Source of the DNA: Schlesneria sp.
GTDB lineage: Bacteria; Planctomycetota; Planctomycetia; Planctomycetales; Planctomycetaceae
Reading direction: 5' to 3'
Assembly: GCA_043743205.1 (NCBI GenBank)
Contig: JAYTXB010001125.1
Coordinates: 1 to 32,676, forward strand
Length of the DNA stretch: 32,676 nucleotides
Part shown: positions 26,392 through 32,676 of the stretch, one piece after another
Layout: every line of letters starts with the position of its first letter
How positions within the stretch are numbered: position 1 is the first letter of the stretch
Notes under the pieces: generated by a model
What the model was told of the DNA's origin: nothing
The model's input: only the letters and a program-made list of their open reading frames with translations
Databases searched by the model: none
Position numbers and translations under genes: made by a program

Positions 26392-26510
26392 GACCAAGCC
26401 TCAATGGATGACGCAACAGACTATATTGTTAGACACTTGCGACTCTGATCGCGGAGAGGCGTGGTATTCTTGGCGGCACCTGCCATCCGGTCGAGTCAGG
26501 CATTGGCACT

Positions 26511-26538
26511 GTAGGATGGGCACTCCTGCCCATCCTCC
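26511..26538. repeat. Solo GTAG-REP unit
   Basis: GTAGGATGGGCACTCCTGCCCATCCTCC. It matches 25831-25853 and forms the hairpin AGGATGGGCA-CTCC-TGCCCATCCT. Confidence 0.75.
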
Positions 26539-26884
26539 AACGAAAAGCACGTCGCGAGCAGCCATCGCAAAGTAGAGGTCGCTGCTCGCCCACGTCTCGA
26601 TCGCACGGAACGCGCCTTTGAAAGACCCGAAATCCGAATTCGTCTTGGATGGCAGATGAAAGCCTGGTCCCTCATCGCACCACACCGTCGAGCCGCAGCA
26701 CTCCCAAAGTTGCGTTCGTCCGCTCCAGCCTCACAATTCCGGGAACCAAACGATCGCGTGGCGGTTCTCTTTGTCTCTGGAGACGATTGCCACAGGGCCA
26801 TTCGTTGTGACGGATCGTAGGACGGCCCGTTCTCGGCGAGAAGCGGAGTGGAATGAACAACGGTCGAGGTGAAGGAGACTGTGC

Positions 26885-29800
26885 ATGCGATGGTCATGTC
26901 TGATCGTGGCGGTTGTGGCGGCGAGTGGCTTCGGCGGAGGAGCCGACTTGCTGGCGGCTCCGACCGAGAAGGAGACGCTGGCCGAGGTGATCGCTCACTC
27001 GGCGGAGTTCGACAAGCAGCGGGAGCTGTTCGAGCAGGCACAGAAGCTCGAAGAGGACGGCGACGAGCAGCGGGCGTTTGTCGCGTATCTGGCGCTCGAC
27101 GGGGGCGAGTCGTCTGCGATGCGGATCGCTCGGCCGCGTGCGCAGGCTTTTTTGGTCGCGCTGCGGCGGGAGGAGAAAACAATCCCGGCGGCGAGGCGGG
27201 CGTTGATCGAGGCTGATCTGTTGCTGGCGACCGGCGAGAAGGAGCAGGCTCTCGCAGGGTATCGCTCTGTCGCGAAGAGACTCTCGAACCGCGAAGACGC
27301 TGGTTGGCAGAACGGGGCGTTGCCGGGAGACGGCTTCTATGTCGAGCAGTCCACCGAGAGTACGGGCGTGGGCCGATATCATTTCGGCGGCTCATCCGAG
27401 ATCGGGAGCCATCGCGACAACTGGCTGATCCGGCGGTTCATCGCACTCGATGCGCTCGACGATGCGCGGCGCGAGTATGAACGAGTCTGGCTCAATCATC
27501 GAACCGATACCGAACCATTCGTGTTTGAGTTCCCGCAGTGGGCGGGCGGCATTCCACGCGACCTTGATCAGCCAGATGCACAGGGCAACGAGCAGGTGAC
27601 GCCCGATGTCGAGAAGGTGAAGCTCGTGCGTGAGCTGCACCGCCCCGCTGGCTTCAGTATGAAGGGGCTGCGGTTCGCGATGGACTACGCGCAGTTCCTC
27701 GTCCAGCAGGAGCAGACTGCGCGGGCGAGGGAACTGCTGCTTGAAGTCGTCTTGAAGCTCGACATGGATCGCAGTCCGGTCGCCTTCGTGAACGGGCAAC
27801 CATTGAAGTTCGACGAGGGGCGCGACGTGCGCGTCGTCCGATCGAGTTCGTATGGCGGCGGCGGTTCATCGAGTCACATCGGTCTCTCTCGCGGCGACTT
27901 CTTGCGCCGGACAGTCGGTCTATTCCGCACGATTCAAGCGGAGCCGGAGTTGATCGCGGCGATCTCGTCCAAGATCGACGCGGGCGAGAACCGCTTGCGG
28001 CGAGTCCTCGCGCGAGTCCGCTTGATCCAGGCTCAGCCCGAGCAGTCGCTCGCGATGGAGATGGAATACCTCGCCAAGTCGAAGCTCGATGACGCGAGTA
28101 TTGCCTTCCGCAAGGCAACACTCTTCGACGCCGCGAAGCAGGCGAAGGCCGCGATCACCGCTGCGGAACGGGCGTTGGAATTGATCGCGAAGCTCAATCG
28201 AGAGACCGCCGTGTTGGATGTCCCGGATGGCGATGAACAAACCTACGAAAACGGAAGTCACGGCTACGGTCAAGCTGGCGGCGGCGGGTTTGGATTCGGG
28301 TTCGGTTCGCAGCGCGGTCAAGCAGGAGTGGTAGCGGAAACCGAACTGGTCGCGATGCTCGAACGGCTTCACGCCGGTCAGGGTGATGTCGAGAAGTCAC
28401 TCGCTTACACACGACGCCATGCGATCCTGCAACCGGTCTTGCATCACGTTCCGTCGCTGATCGCGCTGCAACGCAAGCACGAGGCGGCGAACCAGTCAGC
28501 CGTCTTCAACGAATGGCTCGATCAGCAGGTGACGGAGTCGAAAGGACCGTCCGTTCAGATCGCGGTCCTGCTCCTGCGAAAGGACTGGGCGCGAGCGTCT
28601 GATGAGATCGCCCAGGAACCCGCCCGCCATGACCATGAAGGAAGGGTTTACTACGACGCCGCATCGTGGAAGCAGTTTTTCGTGGGACACGAGGCGTTGC
28701 GAGCGTTCCTGATCGCTCACACGAAAGCTCATCCCGAAGATGCGCGGTCGCGGTTGGAGTTGCTCGACTTGGACGGCGAACCTGCCGAAGCCGATCGGAT
28801 CGCTCGGTTGGAGCTGCTGCTCAACGCGGAAGACTGGAGAGGTCCGGGCAAAGGAGGAGGCCGCCGCGACAAGCCGTTCGCGAATCAGTACGAGGTCATC
28901 TATCGCCTGATGCGGCAGCTTGTCGAACAGAAACAGTTCGACAAGCTGCAACAACTCGGGCTGCAGCTCGCGCGACGCGACAAGCCGTTCGATGGCGAAC
29001 TCAGCGACGGCGGTTACACGAGCAGTTCGCTTTCGCCGCTCGAACTCGTGAACGCCGCGTTGGCTCTCGCGATCCAACAGGCTTCGACCGACGAGCAGCT
29101 TCGCGCCTTGAGTGAGGCGCTCGCCACTTCGCGCTGGACGGCGGCACGTGCTCAGTTGGCGAGACGGATGTCGCCGCGAGACGCCGCTGCCGATGAACTC
29201 GCACAACCGAAAGCTCACTTCGTGCCGTGGGCCAATGTTCCAGCAGGGGTCGAGCTGTATGCGTCCAACGAAAACGTGCTCGCACTGGCGAGGGACGACA
29301 AGCACGTCTATGCCGGTCATCCGTGGGGCGTGGCGGTGTACGACTTCAAGGGAACGCTCGTCGTTCGCATCGCATTGGGCGACGCCGCCCGCGCCGTCGT
29401 TGCGGCGAACGGACACGTTTGGGTCGGCACACCGAAGGGGCTGTTCCGACTCACGCCGCCAGCGGCTCAGTCCACGGAGAAACCGACGAAAAAGAAGTCC
29501 AGTGTGCTGTCGCCCGGATGGTCGGTGGCATTTCAGCCGCTCGATGGCGATCTTTCGCCCGAACTGCGGCTCGAGCGCGGCCGCGATCCTCACAACGAAT
29601 GCTATGACAACGGCGTCAACACGCTGGCTGCCCACAAGGATGAACTCTGGATTGGAATGCTTCGCAACATGCAGGTTCTTCATCTGCGAGACCTCACGCT
29701 GCGAGCGTTTTCGTTGGAGGAGCTGGACATGAAGTTTCCGGGCGACTTCGAGCGGATCGTCTTTGACGGACGATATGTCTGGGCAGAAGGTCGGCAGATC

Positions 29801-32676
29801 AATTTGAAGCGGTTCGACCGCGAGACCGACGAATGGACCACTGTCGAAATGCTCGACACGTCAACGGACCGCAATGAATATGTCCGATTCGCCGGCATCG
29901 TGAATGGTCAGGTTTGGGGAAGCGTCCACCTCGACAACAAGCTGGGATACCGTCCTTGCCGGATCGACCGCGAGACGTTGTCGCTCACACCACTGCGACT
30001 GGCGACGCGCGATCCTTCGCATCAGAACATCCACCATCCGCTTCGCTTTGTCGGCCAGCGTCACGCCAATGGCCAGCCCGACCGACAACTCGTGTTTGGA
30101 ACGAACTCACCCGAGTACGTCCTCGACGCGGAAACCAATTTGCTCAAGAGATTGCCGGAGTCACTCCTCACATTCCGCACGCAAGACGATGTCAACAAGG
30201 AGGCGGATCGAGCGGCAAAAGGCCTCGATGACGAACGGCTGACATCAGCAAAACGACGCCTCGCTTGGTGGCAGTGGCGGGAACGTGGCTCAGGTGTGAG
30301 CGAGTTCTCGCAACGCAATGGCTATGACGATTGGTGCGGGTTGACGCTGCCAGACGGAACTCACGTGCTGGGCGCTCGGCAAAACAACACGCGCTACGAG
30401 TACCCGCACGAAGATTCCCATCACACATCCGCATCGAGCCAGCAGGAGTTTCGGCCCTCGTTCGGCGGCCTCTTCTTTGCGAACGAGCAGGGCGAACTGA
30501 ACCGCGTCTCATCGCAACCGACCACGAACGGCCTCCCCGCCGACAGCGTGCAGGATGTCGTGCAAGGCCACGATGGGCTTTGGGTTTGCACGTCGGGGGG
30601 CGTCGTCCGCTTGGTCTGGCCTCCCACGGTGACGACACGCGGAATGTCGCCGCGAGTCGTCGAGACCTTTGATCGACTGAACGGCCTGTGCGCGAACCGG
30701 GTCGTCGACGGAACCGTCGCACGCGACGGGAAGCTCTACTTCGCGACCGGCTGGAGCGATTCGTCGGGGGGGCTGGCGATCTTCGATCCGACGACGCGCG
30801 TCTTCACGACGATGACTCACTTCGACGGACTGCCGACCGACAAACTGGAGTCGCTCCACGCGGAAGGAGATCAACTTACGATTCACTTCGCGGGCGAGTA
30901 CCTTCGGTTTCATCAACGCTCCGGAGAAAGCTATCGCCGATTCCCGCCCGCGCTGCTCGACGTTACCACAGGAAAAATCACACCGAGCGGCCCGGCGGCG
31001 TTCATCCCGCAGGCGGAAGCGGAGGGCTGGCAAGGAACGGAGAAACCCAAGTCGCACGCGGTCCCCTTCTTGGGAGGTACGGCGCGCAAGAATGTCGAGC
31101 TGAACGAGGATGTCACGTATCACATGGGGACGCGCGGGCTGGTCGGCATTCGCAAGGGAGCAACCGAACCGCCGCTGCTGGCTCTCGGCGCGAAGGTCGA
31201 TGCGCGGCGACTCGAATTGGTGACGGACGCGAAGGGACGAAAGATCGCGGTGTCAAACCTGGCCGAGTTCCGCACGGCGATGTCCGACACGAATCGGCTC
31301 TATCGCGTTCGAGTCATCGCGACGAAGGCCGATGAAAAGGGAACCTTCTTCACGCCCGAGTTCATCCCCGAACTGAGTCGCCAACTGACCGAGAAGGAAG
31401 TGCGGCTGAAGTCGTCCACGCTGTTTGTCCTCGCGCGGATGGAAGGGCAGGATGATCGGATCGTACCGTTGTTGAAGGCGTGTCTCGCCGACAGTTCGCT
31501 CGTCATTCGTTCGCTCGCCGCTCAGGAACTGATCCGACGCCGAGCGATCACCGACGAACAACAGCTTCGCGAAGTGTTCGAGCAGTCGGTCCGGCTCGAA
31601 CGCTCGCCGCATCGAGGTTCGATTCCGTGGGGACTCGATGGGGGAATCGAATCGCTGCATGAATCGGCAGAAACGATGAAGGCGTTCATCGCCCGTGACC
31701 TTCCACTTGCGCTGGTTTTGGCGCTTGAGCACAAGCTGTGGAATGGCGATGACGAACGACAGGAACTGGCAGCGGAACTCGGCAAGGTCTTGCGAAAACA
31801 CCCGGCTCACGCGGCGAAGTTGCTGGCGTCGTACGACCCGGACGGCAACCACAACTACTGGCGGCGAGACACGGCGCGCGACGTGTTTGCAGCGGCGGGG
31901 ATCGAGTTCCTGCCGACATTGCAAACGGCACTGACGAGCAAGGACCGCGTGGTTCGCTCCAACGCCGCGCGGGCTTGTGGCGCGATCGGCGACGCGCGGG
32001 CTGTGCGGTGGCTGATCGAGGCGGTTGATTTGGAGAGCGGGCTGTCGCGTGCCTCGGTCGTCTGGGCGCTGGGGCAACTCAAGGCGCAGGAGGCGTTGCC
32101 GCTCTTCGCCCGCCTCTACGCGGAGGCTGAGTTTGCCGAGCAGCATCGCGAACAAACCGGCGTGCGCTTCAGTCAGCAAGGAGCGATGTTCAACGCACAG
32201 ATGGACGCGATCAGCAAAGTCGATTCGCTTCAGTCCGACTTCGATGAGATCAAACGGTCTGCGCGAGCCGGTGCGCGGATGCCCGAATCGGTCGATCACG
32301 AAGACCTGCTCACCGCCGAGAAGATTCTCGAAGCGGTCGAGCAGATCGGCCCCGAGCATTCGTTCGCGTTCTACCGCGCGCTGGCCGCGTCATCGTCGGC
32401 AACGGCACGAGTCCACGCGGCCGAACATCTCGTCTCCGACCCCGACCGCGCCGAGGCCCTCAAACTCTTGAAGGGCCTCCTCCCCGACTCCGACCCGCGC
32501 GTCCGAGGCCACGCCGCGCTGAGCCTGATCCAACTCGGCGACACGGCGGGCGAACCGGTCTTCCTCGAACTGCTCAACAGCATCCACGACAACGACGGGG
32601 ATGCTGGCAACATTGACTGGCTCGAACAACTCGGCACGAAGACCAACCGCCAACAACGAACCTTCGCCGACAAGGC
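26885..32676 (+). CDS. Giant secreted TPR-like / beta-propeller / HEAT-repeat protein (partial, >1930 aa, runs off the window end)
   Basis: AAGGAG 7 nt before ATG 26885 and signal peptide MRWSCLIVAVVAASG. Hand translation shows no stop to the window end, which explains its absence from the ORF track. Propeller motifs GHVWVGTPKGL and NGLPADSVQDVVQGHDGLWVCT. HEAT motifs LTSKDRVVRSNAARACGAIGD and LPDSDPRVRGHAALSL. Confidence 0.9.
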   Translation, partial: MRWSCLIVAVVAASGFGGGADLLAAPTEKETLAEVIAHSAEFDKQRELFEQAQKLEEDGDEQRAFVAYLALDGGESSAMRIARPRAQAFLVALRREEKTIPAARRALIEADLLLATGEKEQALAGYRSVAKRLSNREDAGWQNGALPGDGFYVEQSTESTGVGRYHFGGSSEIGSHRDNWLIRRFIALDALDDARREYERVWLNHRTDTEPFVFEFPQWAGGIPRDLDQPDAQGNEQVTPDVEKVKLVRELHRPAGFSMKGLRFAMDYAQFLVQQEQTARARELLLEVVLKLDMDRSPVAFVNGQPLKFDEGRDVRVVRSSSYGGGGSSSHIGLSRGDFLRRTVGLFRTIQAEPELIAAISSKIDAGENRLRRVLARVRLIQAQPEQSLAMEMEYLAKSKLDDASIAFRKATLFDAAKQAKAAITAAERALELIAKLNRETAVLDVPDGDEQTYENGSHGYGQAGGGGFGFGFGSQRGQAGVVAETELVAMLERLHAGQGDVEKSLAYTRRHAILQPVLHHVPSLIALQRKHEAANQSAVFNEWLDQQVTESKGPSVQIAVLLLRKDWARASDEIAQEPARHDHEGRVYYDAASWKQFFVGHEALRAFLIAHTKAHPEDARSRLELLDLDGEPAEADRIARLELLLNAEDWRGPGKGGGRRDKPFANQYEVIYRLMRQLVEQKQFDKLQQLGLQLARRDKPFDGELSDGGYTSSSLSPLELVNAALALAIQQASTDEQLRALSEALATSRWTAARAQLARRMSPRDAAADELAQPKAHFVPWANVPAGVELYASNENVLALARDDKHVYAGHPWGVAVYDFKGTLVVRIALGDAARAVVAANGHVWVGTPKGLFRLTPPAAQSTEKPTKKKSSVLSPGWSVAFQPLDGDLSPELRLERGRDPHNECYDNGVNTLAAHKDELWIGMLRNMQVLHLRDLTLRAFSLEELDMKFPGDFERIVFDGRYVWAEGRQINLKRFDRETDEWTTVEMLDTSTDRNEYVRFAGIVNGQVWGSVHLDNKLGYRPCRIDRETLSLTPLRLATRDPSHQNIHHPLRFVGQRHANGQPDRQLVFGTNSPEYVLDAETNLLKRLPESLLTFRTQDDVNKEADRAAKGLDDERLTSAKRRLAWWQWRERGSGVSEFSQRNGYDDWCGLTLPDGTHVLGARQNNTRYEYPHEDSHHTSASSQQEFRPSFGGLFFANEQGELNRVSSQPTTNGLPADSVQDVVQGHDGLWVCTSGGVVRLVWPPTVTTRGMSPRVVETFDRLNGLCANRVVDGTVARDGKLYFATGWSDSSGGLAIFDPTTRVFTTMTHFDGLPTDKLESLHAEGDQLTIHFAGEYLRFHQRSGESYRRFPPALLDVTTGKITPSGPAAFIPQAEAEGWQGTEKPKSHAVPFLGGTARKNVELNEDVTYHMGTRGLVGIRKGATEPPLLALGAKVDARRLELVTDAKGRKIAVSNLAEFRTAMSDTNRLYRVRVIATKADEKGTFFTPEFIPELSRQLTEKEVRLKSSTLFVLARMEGQDDRIVPLLKACLADSSLVIRSLAAQELIRRRAITDEQQLREVFEQSVRLERSPHRGSIPWGLDGGIESLHESAETMKAFIARDLPLALVLALEHKLWNGDDERQELAAELGKVLRKHPAHAAKLLASYDPDGNHNYWRRDTARDVFAAAGIEFLPTLQTALTSKDRVVRSNAARACGAIGDARAVRWLIEAVDLESGLSRASVVWALGQLKAQEALPLFARLYAEAEFAEQHREQTGVRFSQQGAMFNAQMDAISKVDSLQSDFDEIKRSARAGARMPESVDHEDLLTAEKILEAVEQIGPEHSFAFYRALAASSSATARVHAAEHLVSDPDRAEALKLLKGLLPDSDPRVRGHAALSLIQLGDTAGEPVFLELLNSIHDNDGDAGNIDWLEQLGTKTNRQQRTFADK

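Noticed and set aside
26436-26470. TTGCGA ... TGGTATTCT as a sigma70 promoter
   Set aside because: The -35/-10 spacing is 23 nt and the site is over 400 nt from the next start. Not supportable.
26401-26685. 94-aa minus-strand ORF
   Set aside because: Its 3' part reads through a REP unit (DGQECPSY/GWAGVPILQ-type translations) and it has no clear RBS. At best a remnant, so not called.
28496-32359. Minus-strand ORFs of 395, 204 and 368 aa
   Set aside because: Antisense shadows of the giant plus-strand ORF.

Overview
GC-rich bacterial DNA, almost certainly from a Planctomycete: it has two PSCyt/DUF1549-DUF1553 + DUF1501 gene pairs, a sulfatase, and PVC-type cytochrome, propeller and ThuA genes. 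The left half is a minus-strand run of secreted proteins: YVTN-propeller/phosphoesterase, ThuA-like, beta-propeller, penta-heme cytochrome c, tandem SASA esterase, arylsulfatase, DUF1501 and DUF1549/1553. A plus-strand double-domain GxxExxY (PD-(D/E)XK) nuclease gene interrupts this run. It sits inside a structured array of GACAGGAARATG repeats and is the best candidate for an undescribed mobile or selfish element. The right half holds a DUF3592 membrane protein, a second DUF1549/1553-DUF1501 pair split by a DUF1801 gene, and a DUF1003 gene. Next come several REP/MITE-like palindromes, a degenerate 21-bp tandem array fused to a gene remnant, and a giant ORF (>1930 aa, runs off the window end, missing from the ORF track) with signal peptide, TPR-like, propeller and HEAT regions. 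A 72-bp relic copy of the first gene's RBS and signal peptide brackets the cytochrome module. No rRNA, tRNA or CRISPR array was seen. Family calls come from motif recognition by eye, not database searches.
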